Of a DNA stretch of 64,000 nt, positions 1-9,176 are shown piece after piece. The translations under genes and the position numbers were made by a program. The DNA is from an uncultured Bacteroides sp. (GTDB lineage: Bacteria > Bacillota > Clostridia > Christensenellales > CAG-917). Below the pieces are notes generated by a model. The model did no database searches, had not been told where the DNA came from, and worked only from the letters and a program-made list of their open reading frames with translations. Position 1 is the stretch's first letter. The number at the start of each line of letters is the position of its first letter. The stretch is taken from assembly GCA_964644355.1 (NCBI GenBank), contig CAZXUW010000001.1, positions 4,461 through 68,460 on the forward strand, given 5' to 3'.

Positions 1-198
1 GAAGCCAACTCTGATGAACAACAGAGCAGATCGCTCTCAAGACTGGGATTACCTTGGACAATTGATGAGGAAGAAGCACTTATCGAGGAGTATACACAAG
101 CCCATTTGACACTCAGAGAGATTGCAAAGCTTCACGATAGAACCCCCAACGGAATACGACTAAGATTGAAAAGCCTTGGGTTGTTGAGAAAAGAATAA
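1..198 (+). CDS. 3' end of an ORF truncated by the window edge; C-terminal helix-turn-helix-like tail
   Basis: Frame +1 is open from base 1 to TAA 196-198. Translation: ..SRLGLPWTIDEEEALIEEYTQAHLTLREIAKLHDRTPNGIRLRLKSLGLLRKE. The W-x3-EE / IA-x4-R / I-x2-RL spacing resembles a Myb/SANT- or sigma-region-4-type HTH. A terminator follows. Confidence 0.45.
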   Translation, partial: EANSDEQQSRSLSRLGLPWTIDEEEALIEEYTQAHLTLREIAKLHDRTPNGIRLRLKSLGLLRKE

Positions 199-216
199 AA
201 CAATGAAAGAGTTTAT

Positions 217-256
217 GCAGGCATAGCCTCAAGTCGAGAAATATGCCTGCTTTTTT
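217..256 (+). terminator. Rho-independent terminator
   Basis: GCAGGCATA (217-225) pairs with TATGCCTGC (242-250), followed by TTTTTT (251-256). Confidence 0.6.
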
Positions 257-319
257 ATTGTTTTTTTGCGGTGTTTTTCGCCATTTTTTTGAGAGTTTTT
301 TGAGTATTGAGTTTATATT

Positions 320-880
320 TTATCTCAAAATCGGTTGTAGCTGTTTGCCGTTGAGAGCGTTTTCTATTGTGGGGATGAGCAGTGACATATCCGCAATAAG
401 TGAATGCGGTTTTTTGATAGAGTCGTCTTGCGAGAATGGAACAAAGTATACATTCTTTGTGTTGAGCAAAGAGCCTATGTTTTGGGCATTCGCACCGAGG
501 GCATCGTTGGAAGAAACGCTCAAAATCACGGGTTTTTCCGTGCGGAGAGTTGCCTTTGCCGTCATGGTGACGGGGGTGTCTGTGATGCCGTGTGCGAGCT
601 TGGCAATGGTATTGCCTGTGCAAGGTGCTATAACAGTGCAATCCAAGCCGACTTTGGTTAAGTTTTCAGCCTCTACAATGGATTTTAAGGGGGTTTTGCC
701 CGTCTTGTGAATAATCAGTCGTTCAAAGTCCGATTGCTTGAAAAATCGTGTGTCAAACTCGCATACGCTATAACTGAACACAGGGATGACATCATACATT
801 TGCGTCAGCTCGTCCAACACGTTTATAAGTGCAGAATGAGTGCAGAATGAGCCTGTTATTCCAAGTGCTATTTTCTTCAT
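320..880 (-). CDS. spoVFB: Dipicolinate synthase subunit B (flavoprotein-like)
   Basis: 186 aa. GITGSFCT.., VIAPCTGNTIAKLAHGITDTPV, SSNDALG, FVPFSQDD..KP.S and a C-terminal QLQPIL are colinear with my recollection of B. subtilis DpaB. SD AGAGGTGG lies upstream. It sits directly downstream of spoVFA. Confidence 0.9.
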   Translation of the reverse strand: MKKIALGITGSFCTHSALINVLDELTQMYDVIPVFSYSVCEFDTRFFKQSDFERLIIHKTGKTPLKSIVEAENLTKVGLDCTVIAPCTGNTIAKLAHGITDTPVTMTAKATLRTEKPVILSVSSNDALGANAQNIGSLLNTKNVYFVPFSQDDSIKKPHSLIADMSLLIPTIENALNGKQLQPILR

Positions 881-935
881 AAATCCACCTCTTTTTATAT
901 GTAGTGCGATCTAACGTGGTGACCGATGCCGGTGA

Positions 936-1742
936 TTATCGTGAGTTTTCGCATGCCATTATTACGTTGTAGAGTGCAAGGGCGGAGCTATATGGGCAGT
1001 AGCGTGCAGGGAGAGCAGGGTATATGTCGGCATTTATGCCGAGATGCCTTGCATAGTCCATATTTATGGCAGGTTTTGACGCCAAGTCGATATATATACA
1101 GTTTTCCCTCATGCTCATAAGCTCTTTGTCGCTGACGATTGACGAGGGTACGGTGTTGATGACAACATCGTAATCGGCAAAATCAAAGGTGTTTAATGCT
1201 ATCACCTTGCGAGCAACGGCGTATGCCGGGCGTAGAGAGGAATTGGTTGCAATATCGACTTTGGTGTCAAGTCTGTCGAGCAATCTTGCCACGGCACTTC
1301 CGGTGCGTCCAAAACCCATGATAAGCACATGCATATCTTGCAAAGATTTGGGGGATTGCTTTATGATGATTGAAAGTGTACCCTCTGCTGTCAGGCGAGA
1401 ATTGATTGCTTGGAATTGCTCGTTTATCGAGTAGTTTTCAAGTGTAATATCTCTGCTGTTTGCAAGAGCTACCGCCTCATCCAATATCCTTCCGCAATAC
1501 ATCTTTGTGCCATCCTCAACGCTTGAGAGGGCGTGCGCATCAATGAGGATATTGGGTGCAAATATATGCGTTGGCATAGCGAATTTTGCACTTGCAAGCA
1601 TAGCATCGAGATACAGCATTCTTTCATCGCTTTGGTGTACGATAGGCTTGATTGTTTTCATACGGCATTGTATGTAAAGAGGATGATTTTTTGTTAACGT
1701 GGCATTGTCAAAAGGTGTGGCAAGAGGATCAAGAGGTGGCAT
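936..1742 (-). CDS. spoVFA: Dipicolinate synthase subunit A (NAD(P)-binding)
   Basis: Contains a GFGRTGSAVARLL Rossmann motif and NTVPS, with the overall DpaA layout. No SD precedes either candidate start. Homology to DpaA N-termini favours the internal ATG at 1661 (MKTIKPIV..). The longest ORF starts at 1742. Confidence 0.85.
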   Translation of the reverse strand: MPPLDPLATPFDNATLTKNHPLYIQCRMKTIKPIVHQSDERMLYLDAMLASAKFAMPTHIFAPNILIDAHALSSVEDGTKMYCGRILDEAVALANSRDITLENYSINEQFQAINSRLTAEGTLSIIIKQSPKSLQDMHVLIMGFGRTGSAVARLLDRLDTKVDIATNSSLRPAYAVARKVIALNTFDFADYDVVINTVPSSIVSDKELMSMRENCIYIDLASKPAINMDYARHLGINADIYPALPARYCPYSSALALYNVIMACENSR

Positions 1743-1762
1743 AGTATAAAGAGGAGGCGTTT

Positions 1763-2770
1763 ATGGAGAGGTATTTTCTTGGCAACAATACGGGCTTTGG
1801 ATTTTTCAATTGTTACGACAACGAGCTGAAGGATATGGACAGAGTTGTTTTGCTCAAGGGCGGTCCCGGAACGGGAAAATCATCCTTGCTCAAGCGGATA
1901 GCTAGCGAGGCAAAAGAGCGTGGCTTTGACTATGAGCTGTGGTATTGCTCGGGGGATCCGCAAAGCCTTGACGGAGTGTATATAAAGGACAAGAATCGAG
2001 CCGTTGTGGATGCCACCTCTCCGCATGCAATCAATGCGGATATGCCGATAATAAAGGATATAATATTTGACGTTGCAAACGGACTTGACAGAGATAAGCT
2101 TGCCGGTGTTAGAGATGAGATTGAAAAACTAATAAAACGCAAAAAAACGATGTTTATGCGTGCATATCAGCACTTAAAGTGTGCATTATGTCATTTTGAC
2201 AATCAAATTGAAAGTCAAAAAAGGTGTGTTGACGAGGTTGGAATAAGGGCGTATTGCTCCTCTATTATTAAGCGTTTTGGAGTGATTGACAACGGTGGTA
2301 AAAAACGCAAGCTTTTCTCACGTGCCATTTGTCCTAGCGGTGAGAGTGAATATTTTGACCATCTCAAAGACAAAAACATTGTGCTTGTCAAGGGCGGAGT
2401 TTTGGCAAAAAAGATTTTCTTTGAGGAACTGGATAAGCTCTTGCATGTGGGCACATTTTTTTTGAACCCGCTCTCGCCAAACGTCATAGAAAGTGCTTGC
2501 GTCGATAAGTATGCGTTTGTCGGCAATGATGAATCGGTTGGCATCGAGGTGTGCGAGAGTGTGAATCTTGATGAGTTTCAAAAGGGTATCGACGAGGATT
2601 GGAATGTTCAAGAGCGTAACGCATGCGTGCTAGAAGAAGCGTTTGCGGTGGATTGTTTGAACAAGGCAAGACAAGCCCATTTGGCTCTTGAGGACATCTT
2701 TGTGTCCGCAATGGATTTTTCAGGGCACAGTGAGATATACAAGAAAATAATAAATGTATTGTTTGAGTGA
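1763..2770 (+). CDS. P-loop NTPase of the PRK06851-like family (conserved in spore-forming Firmicutes, function unknown)
   Basis: 335 aa. GNNTGFGFFNCYD..VVLLKGGPGTGKSSLLKRI (Walker A) ..CSGDPQSLDGVYI..DATSPHA matches the pattern I recall for PRK06851 proteins. SD AAGAGGAGG lies 6 nt upstream. Confidence 0.7.
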   Translation: MERYFLGNNTGFGFFNCYDNELKDMDRVVLLKGGPGTGKSSLLKRIASEAKERGFDYELWYCSGDPQSLDGVYIKDKNRAVVDATSPHAINADMPIIKDIIFDVANGLDRDKLAGVRDEIEKLIKRKKTMFMRAYQHLKCALCHFDNQIESQKRCVDEVGIRAYCSSIIKRFGVIDNGGKKRKLFSRAICPSGESEYFDHLKDKNIVLVKGGVLAKKIFFEELDKLLHVGTFFLNPLSPNVIESACVDKYAFVGNDESVGIEVCESVNLDEFQKGIDEDWNVQERNACVLEEAFAVDCLNKARQAHLALEDIFVSAMDFSGHSEIYKKIINVLFE

Positions 2771-2778
2771 GATGTGTA

Positions 2779-2807
2779 TTGACAAAGGCTATCTTATTTG
2801 GTATATA
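2779..2807 (+). promoter_or_regulatory. Sigma-A-type promoter placed for a leaderless transcript of the acyltransferase gene
   Basis: TTGACA (2779-2784), 17-nt spacer, TGgTATATA extended -10 (2799-2807). Only 7 nt (AATTTGT) separate it from ATG 2815, and there is no SD. Confidence 0.55.
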
Positions 2808-2814
2808 AATTTGT

Positions 2815-4143
2815 ATGGCAGACAAGATAGCAAACGTCAATAAAAACAATCCGCCCTTCTCAAGGTTTTTGAGCAAGGTGTTTTTGGGGTTGTGCACTAT
2901 CGTAAGTCCGCTATTGCACTGCAAGAGCAGACAATCCGAGGCATTCAAAACGCAAAAGAAAAGCGGTGCAATGCTTGTGCTTTGCAACCATTTATCCGCA
3001 TACGATTTTATTCACTTTGCATCTCAAATGCATCCTGCTCCGCTAAACTTTGTCGTTGCGGAAAATATGATGTATTCATCCGCCGTGTTCGCAAAGCTTA
3101 TCAAGGGATATCATGCAATAACAAAAAAGCAATATTATGCGGACGTTCAATGCATAAAGAGCATAAAAAGGTATCTCGATGCAGGGATAAGCGTGCTCAT
3201 CGCTCCTGAAGGCAAGGTGTCGGCGGACGGCGTTACCGGTGCAATTATTCCCTCTATTGCAAGGCTCGTGCAGTGGCTTGGGTACCCTGTTGGCGTCATC
3301 AAATTGAGAGGAGCAAGCATTGCTCGTCCAAAGTGGGCGAACAAACTGAAATTGACAAGGCGTGGCAGTGTGTATGCCGATTGCGATATGCTGTTTGCGC
3401 AAGAGCAGGTAAAAACACTATCCAAAGAGCAGATTCTCGACGAAATTTGCACGGCACTTGAGCATAACGAGCATGAGTGGCAGATTGAAAACAACGTAAT
3501 TTTCAAGGGTAAAGATTATGCGGTGGGCTTGGAGAGATTGTTGTACCGATGTGCAAAGTGCGGTGCGGAATTTGAAATGCATACACAGGGTGGCAACATC
3601 GTGTGCGACAAGTGTGGCAACACCGTCACGTACGGCTTTGACGGCAGATTGGTTGCAAGCGAGGGGAGCGTATCTCCTCAAAGGATAGATCTGTGGTATG
3701 CAATGCAAAGGGAAAATATAAGAAAGCTTGTCGAAAGAGAGGATTTTTGCCTTTGCGAAAGCGTAAGTTTGCTTGTTGAAAACGACAGCAAAAACGGCTA
3801 TAAATTTGTTGCAAAAGGGAAGTTGCAACTTGATTTGAGCAAAATTATTTTTGACTGCACGCAAAAGGAGCGTCCTATAGGCGTAAATGAAAAATACGGC
3901 GTTAGAGATATGAATTTTTCATATAATGAAAAGTTGGGTTTTGAAAGTGTTGAGGAGGAGTTTTTGCACGTTGAATTTCCCGCAAACAGGTGTGATACGG
4001 TGGCGTATTTGCCGGGGATTGCACTCGATTTGTATGACGATAAACACGTTTATAGGTTCCTTTTTGACGGCGTTCCGGCATCTACAAAATATGCCTTGGC
4101 AATCGAAGAAGTGTATAAATTTGTAACTATTCAAGAAAAATAA
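2815..4143 (+). CDS. Lysophospholipid (PlsC-family) acyltransferase with a C-terminal zinc-ribbon-containing domain
   Basis: 442 aa. H-x4-D box in LCNHLSAYD, PEG box in IAPEGKVS, and a CxxC..CxxC pair (CAKCGAEF..CDKCGN). Confidence 0.7.
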   Translation: MADKIANVNKNNPPFSRFLSKVFLGLCTIVSPLLHCKSRQSEAFKTQKKSGAMLVLCNHLSAYDFIHFASQMHPAPLNFVVAENMMYSSAVFAKLIKGYHAITKKQYYADVQCIKSIKRYLDAGISVLIAPEGKVSADGVTGAIIPSIARLVQWLGYPVGVIKLRGASIARPKWANKLKLTRRGSVYADCDMLFAQEQVKTLSKEQILDEICTALEHNEHEWQIENNVIFKGKDYAVGLERLLYRCAKCGAEFEMHTQGGNIVCDKCGNTVTYGFDGRLVASEGSVSPQRIDLWYAMQRENIRKLVEREDFCLCESVSLLVENDSKNGYKFVAKGKLQLDLSKIIFDCTQKERPIGVNEKYGVRDMNFSYNEKLGFESVEEEFLHVEFPANRCDTVAYLPGIALDLYDDKHVYRFLFDGVPASTKYALAIEEVYKFVTIQEK

Positions 4144-4181
4144 ACTACAAAATGAACGAAAAATTTTTACAAAAAATTTGC

Positions 4182-4207
4182 AAAAACCGCTATCTAATGC
4201 GGTTTTT
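4182..4207 (+). terminator. Rho-independent terminator
   Basis: AAAAACCGC (4182-4190), loop TATCTAAT, GCGGTTTTT (4199-4207), then a further T-rich run. Confidence 0.75.
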
Positions 4208-4241
4208 TGTTTTTGGTGCATATTTGCCGAGCTATTTGATA

Positions 4242-4270
4242 TTGACATTTGGGTTGCAATAATGTAGTAT
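4242..4270 (+). promoter_or_regulatory. Sigma-A-type promoter of the LRR lipoprotein gene
   Basis: TTGACA (4242-4247), 17 nt, TAGTAT (4265-4270). Confidence 0.55.
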
Positions 4271-4337
4271 TATATTTGTATACCTATATTTATGCGTGCG
4301 TGTATAGCGTGTGCGTATTCAATGGAAGGTGGAAAGT

Positions 4338-7300
4338 ATGAGAAAGAAAATCAGTTTGCTTTTGATAATTACACTCGGCGTAATTTTGACGTTTGTGCTT
4401 GTTGCTTGCAACACCACAGCACAAAGCCCCGAAGATTTGCCGGATTACGTCGGTGTGGAGGACGCTGAAATCGGAGAGGAGGTCAACACCTATCTCACGT
4501 TTACGTTCACCACACAAGCGACTTCTGTGTTTAAGAGTATTTACATTGATGAATTTGACATTTCAAGCATCAAATACACCGTTATTTACACGGACGGAGC
4601 AATCACCACTGAGGGACAAAAAGGTGACTTGTCCGAGGATATGCTCGACGATGAGAGCAAGTTGTTGATAAAACAAGCCGGACATCACATGATCCGTGCC
4701 TCGTTACAAATCGATGAGAACACGACCGCAAGCGGATCTTTCCCACTTCACCTCATGCAAAGAGGACAAACTATAGAAAAAGTTAAACTGACTTTTGAGT
4801 TGAACAATTCAAAGGCAAGCTTTGGTTCAACCGATGCTTCTGGCGATAAGGCTATCGTATGGGTGGATGAGGGAGCATCCGTCAAGTCTTGGGAGGAGTT
4901 TGTCAATACATTCCCGATGAAGAGCCTTGAGGGCAAAGCCCTTCAATCCGTGAGAATTGGAGACAAAGAGTATAGTGCAACAAGTTTCTCGGAAATCAAA
5001 TTCAACAATGATTTGACAATCAAGACAAATTGGACGGAAAACTATTATTACGTCAATTTCAAACTGAACGTTCCTGAAGATGCAACGTTGATAAGCGGTG
5101 CGGTTGATCCTACTCAAACGTTTGAATCAAGAGTTGCGGTTGTGCGTGGCCAGAAGGCAATCTCTCCAAAGAGTGAAGCTCTCAACGTGTACAATGGCTA
5201 CTACTTTGCAGGCTGGTATCTCGATGCCAACGGCAACGGCAAATGGGATGAGAGCGACACCGTTTGGAGCTTTGCAAAACCGATCACTTCCGACAATATC
5301 ACTCTTGTTGGACATTGGACAAGCAGATCTTATTCTTTCACACTTTACACAATGGGCGGAAATTTCTCCGCAAATACAACAAACCACGTTGTTGAAGGCA
5401 ACGCTATCAGCAGTGACGAGCTTGCAAAGCAAGCAGGATTTACGATTGTTGAGGCAGTCTCGCAATTCAGCCTCAAAGAAGGCAATTTGCAAAACATCGT
5501 GATATCCGGGTTTGCATACGGACACAACTACAATGAGTACATCATCAAGGTGCAGTTGTTCCAAGATGACGACAAAGTGACGTATTTGACGCTTGCGGAT
5601 ATAGTCGGCAACCTTATCAAGGGCAGTTCAAGCTACACGGTGGTTGACAACGTATATGCCGATTATCAGTGCACAACGCTTGCGGATATCAGCAAGGTGC
5701 ATGCAAATCTCGACGGCAGTGACGGCGTGGGTTACGTCAAGTGGAAGTTCAATGATCCCGACAAAAACGCCACCGATTATGCCAAATTGCGTCTTGAGAG
5801 ATTGAGTAGCTATTACGTTGACGTGCTCTTTAAGGGTGGTATCTCCAAAAAGGCGGACGGCAGTTTGCGTCTTGACAAGATCGCAGACGAATCCGTCAAT
5901 GAGATCATCATTCCGGCGGAGATTATCTATCAAGGCGAAACACATCCTATCACCGAGATTTCAGCCAATGCGTGTATGAACCTCAAAGCACTTGTCAAGA
6001 TTGATATGTCAGAGGCAAGCAATCTCACAAAGATCGGTGAAGCAGGTTTCAAATATTGTCCGCACCTCAGCGAAGTTATCATGCCTACAGCCGGCAACAT
6101 CAAAGAACTTGGCAAAGAGATTTTTGCAGAGTCCTCGTATGAGAAAAATTATGCACAAAGCGGTGCAAATGCAATCATCATCAACGGCGTGCTCTACAAG
6201 TACGTTGCAAACGACAGAGCGCAAACAACTTCAATCGACCTTTCCACAAGTGAGTTTGAATCTGTTGTGCGTATCGCAGACGGAGCCTTTGCGGATTGCA
6301 CAAATCTTGTGAGCATCACACTTGGCGACAGCATTGCAACAATTGACAACGGAGCTTTTGCAAATTGCTCCGCATTGCAAAACGTTTTGATCACGTCAAG
6401 CAGTAAACTCTCATATATCGGCGAGAGTGCGTTTGACGGAACAAAGGTTATTTCAAGTGTAAGCAACCACTATAAATCTGATTACAAAGCAGTTATAATC
6501 GGCGGAATATACTACCGCTTTATCGATACGCAAGCAACGGATGCAACAATCCCGGACGGTATTAAGTATATTGCTCCGCACGCATTCTTGGATTGCACCA
6601 AAGTGGAAAACATAATGATTTTGGATGCATCCGGCATACTTTCGATTGGCAAGAGTGCTTTCTCTGCTACAAAATGGGTGCAGAGAGCGGACAACAAGTC
6701 ACTTGTGGACGGATATATCGTCATAAACAACATCCTTTGTGATTATCCGGGCAACAACGGTGAGAACATCACTCTCCCGTCGGGTGGCAAAACCACAATC
6801 GTCGAGGATGCATTCTACACCTCCGCTCAAGCGGTAAGAACCGTCAAATTCGGCAAAAACATCGCAAAGATCGAGGACTATGCCTTTAGAGGTATGCCTA
6901 TTGTTGAAAGCTTCATATTCTCTGAAGTGAGCGTTGGCGCCGACGGATTGGTGGGAGCACCTCAATTGTCTCAAAACGCCTTTGCCGATGCAACGGGCAA
7001 ACTTGTCAACAACGTCAAATTCTTCTTCTCTGCAAGCGTCATCAACTATCTTGACAGCTTGAGCAAGAGAAGTGCCGTATCAAATGACGAAATCACGTTG
7101 AGCTGGCTTAGATTGTATCAACTCAATACCGCAAACTTTGTTGCAGAAAAGATCGACGCCGTTTGGATTGACCAAAGAGTTATGCCCACAACATTGCTTG
7201 ATTTGGGCAATGGCAAAAACGCACTCGAATCCTTGTTTGATTTGAATCCGTCTTTGTTCAATAAAGCTCTTATTGTCATGGGCAACACGGGCGTCACAAG

Positions 7301-9098
7301 AGAGGAAGCATTGAGTTTCACTGCAAACGAAGTGAATTTGGTGCCTATTGTCAAGGATGATGCAAGCTTTGGTTCCTACTATGAGGAGGGAGTTGACAAA
7401 TACGTTGTCAAGTTCAAGTATGCAGACAGCGTGGACGGTTGCCATATCAATGCAAACGATAGCAACGTGTACGTCGTCAAGGTTGTCAAGGCAGTGAAGG
7501 GCACTCCGTCATTCTATGACTCTGACAATTATCAACACAACAACATCGGCGTCAATCTTGACGGCAAGAATAGCGGGGATTACTATATCAACGGTTTTGC
7601 TCAAAAAGAGGGCGTAACGGTTCCGACATTCTATACCTCATATAACAGCGCAAACCACAAGTTCACCTTCAAATATAATGACTTTGATGGTGTTGAACAC
7701 GAGATTGACAACGTTCACGTGAATGGCTTTGCTACGTCAGCGGAAAAACAAAACGCAACAGCAAGCTTTGTCGTGGACTTCTATGGCATTGGTGAGTATA
7801 GATTTGAGCTTACCTACAATGTGGAAGAAGCAAAGATTGTCAGTTTTGAGCAAGTCGGTGCAATTTCAATTCCGCTCAACAGCAACGCAAACGAGTCAAT
7901 ACGCAACTTCTATGCGGAGCTTATTGGAGAGGATAAGGAAAGAGAGCGTGTCGCATTGAGTTCGGCAAACGGATTTAGCGTTATATCAGGTTCGCTTGAC
8001 TCATCAACGCTTGGCATCCACACAATGACCGTAAAGTATTTGTCACAGAAAGTTGACAGTGCACTCACCGGCACAATCGTATACTCCGTTGTGCTTGAGG
8101 CGGATGAAAGTTTGTTCACATATGAAGTGATCGACACAACGGCTAAGACAGCAAGAATCGTATCTTGCTCGCAAGACAAAGCAAGCACAATCGTCATTCC
8201 GTCCACTTGCACAATCAACGGTGACGAATACACTGTTACGAGAATTGGCACTGCAAACTCATCAAGGGGCGTGTTTGAAGGCTTCAAAAACTTGAAAGCC
8301 GTCTACCTTGCACAAAGCATCAAGTATATCAGCAACAACACATTCAAAGATTGTACCTATCTTGCAAACGTCTACACCGCTGAGAACGTGAACGTTGCGT
8401 TCGCACCGCTTACTAGTGTAAACTGGACGGCTGTTGGTGACGAAATAATTTCAAACAATGAAGTGCATCAAAACGTAAAGATCGTCAATCTTAACGGCAT
8501 CACGCTTGAATCTGATGACACTCTTGCTATTGGTGCAAAGTATTCCCAAACGGATGCAAGTGGCAAAAAGTACGTGTTCACAGTCGTTGCGGTGGATATC
8601 GCACTTGAGCAAAAAGTTGAAGTTTTCTTGCCGGATACCATCCAACAAAATCCGTCAATCACCTATGGCAAGCTGGATATCGTGCCGAATATGTATTCAA
8701 GCGAAAGCGGATTGATGTTCACAACATCGAATCACGTCACGTCTTCTCTCGTTGAGATAGGCAACAATGCATTCAGTGGTTGCGAGAGCTTAAAGAGTAT
8801 TGATTTGAGCAAAGCAAGCAAGCTTGACAGAATAGGTGCGTGTGCATTCCAAGGTTCCGGACTTGTGCAAATAGACCTTTCAAGCAACACGGCACTCAAA
8901 GCAATCGAGAGCCAAACGTTTGAGGATTGTCGCTCACTTGAAACGGTGAAGCTTTCAAGCAGTATTGATCATATCTATGCACAAGCATTCAAGAAGTGCG
9001 CGTCACTTGCAACAATTGACGGAGGTAGTGGAAGCATCGTGGTTGACTCCACCGCATACAATCAATGTGACAAGCTTACGAAGGCACCAAAACTTTAA
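4338..9098 (+). CDS. Large surface lipoprotein with BspA-type leucine-rich repeats and a Listeria-Bacteroides (Flg_new) repeat
   Basis: The ORF opens at 4311. ATG 4338 is preceded by GGAAGGTGGAA and yields MRKKISLLLIITLGVILTFVLVAC (lipobox L-V-A-C). It has a YYFAGWY..W.F...IT.D..L...W Flg_new-type repeat. It has many BspA/TpLRR units, e.g. IADGAFADCTNLVSITLGDSIATIDNGAFANCSALQNV, IGNNAFSGCESLKSIDLS and IESQTFEDCRSLETVKLS. Confidence 0.85.
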   Translation: MRKKISLLLIITLGVILTFVLVACNTTAQSPEDLPDYVGVEDAEIGEEVNTYLTFTFTTQATSVFKSIYIDEFDISSIKYTVIYTDGAITTEGQKGDLSEDMLDDESKLLIKQAGHHMIRASLQIDENTTASGSFPLHLMQRGQTIEKVKLTFELNNSKASFGSTDASGDKAIVWVDEGASVKSWEEFVNTFPMKSLEGKALQSVRIGDKEYSATSFSEIKFNNDLTIKTNWTENYYYVNFKLNVPEDATLISGAVDPTQTFESRVAVVRGQKAISPKSEALNVYNGYYFAGWYLDANGNGKWDESDTVWSFAKPITSDNITLVGHWTSRSYSFTLYTMGGNFSANTTNHVVEGNAISSDELAKQAGFTIVEAVSQFSLKEGNLQNIVISGFAYGHNYNEYIIKVQLFQDDDKVTYLTLADIVGNLIKGSSSYTVVDNVYADYQCTTLADISKVHANLDGSDGVGYVKWKFNDPDKNATDYAKLRLERLSSYYVDVLFKGGISKKADGSLRLDKIADESVNEIIIPAEIIYQGETHPITEISANACMNLKALVKIDMSEASNLTKIGEAGFKYCPHLSEVIMPTAGNIKELGKEIFAESSYEKNYAQSGANAIIINGVLYKYVANDRAQTTSIDLSTSEFESVVRIADGAFADCTNLVSITLGDSIATIDNGAFANCSALQNVLITSSSKLSYIGESAFDGTKVISSVSNHYKSDYKAVIIGGIYYRFIDTQATDATIPDGIKYIAPHAFLDCTKVENIMILDASGILSIGKSAFSATKWVQRADNKSLVDGYIVINNILCDYPGNNGENITLPSGGKTTIVEDAFYTSAQAVRTVKFGKNIAKIEDYAFRGMPIVESFIFSEVSVGADGLVGAPQLSQNAFADATGKLVNNVKFFFSASVINYLDSLSKRSAVSNDEITLSWLRLYQLNTANFVAEKIDAVWIDQRVMPTTLLDLGNGKNALESLFDLNPSLFNKALIVMGNTGVTREEALSFTANEVNLVPIVKDDASFGSYYEEGVDKYVVKFKYADSVDGCHINANDSNVYVVKVVKAVKGTPSFYDSDNYQHNNIGVNLDGKNSGDYYINGFAQKEGVTVPTFYTSYNSANHKFTFKYNDFDGVEHEIDNVHVNGFATSAEKQNATASFVVDFYGIGEYRFELTYNVEEAKIVSFEQVGAISIPLNSNANESIRNFYAELIGEDKERERVALSSANGFSVISGSLDSSTLGIHTMTVKYLSQKVDSALTGTIVYSVVLEADESLFTYEVIDTTAKTARIVSCSQDKASTIVIPSTCTINGDEYTVTRIGTANSSRGVFEGFKNLKAVYLAQSIKYISNNTFKDCTYLANVYTAENVNVAFAPLTSVNWTAVGDEIISNNEVHQNVKIVNLNGITLESDDTLAIGAKYSQTDASGKKYVFTVVAVDIALEQKVEVFLPDTIQQNPSITYGKLDIVPNMYSSESGLMFTTSNHVTSSLVEIGNNAFSGCESLKSIDLSKASKLDRIGACAFQGSGLVQIDLSSNTALKAIESQTFEDCRSLETVKLSSSIDHIYAQAFKKCASLATIDGGSGSIVVDSTAYNQCDKLTKAPKL

Positions 9099-9120
9099 TC
9101 AACTAGTGTTTATAAAAAAC

Positions 9121-9152
9121 CGCCTTTCCAAATACGGAAAGGCGTTTTTTTT
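9121..9152. terminator. Bidirectional rho-independent terminator (LRR gene on +, asd-dapA on -)
   Basis: CGCCTTTCC (9121-9129), loop AAATAC, GGAAAGGCG (9136-9144). T8 lies downstream and an A-run (9114-9119) lies upstream. Confidence 0.8.
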
Positions 9153-9176
9153 ATCATTGTGTCGGTCGGTACAATG

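Noticed and set aside
1662-1762. I considered a sporulation sigma (SigE/SigK-type) promoter, CATACAAT, 5 nt upstream of the internal spoVFA ATG at 1661.
   Set aside because: The -10-like octamer is present. However, I could not identify a convincing -35 element, and the spacing to the ATG would require a leaderless mRNA. This is too weak to report as a feature and is mentioned only under the leaderless finding.
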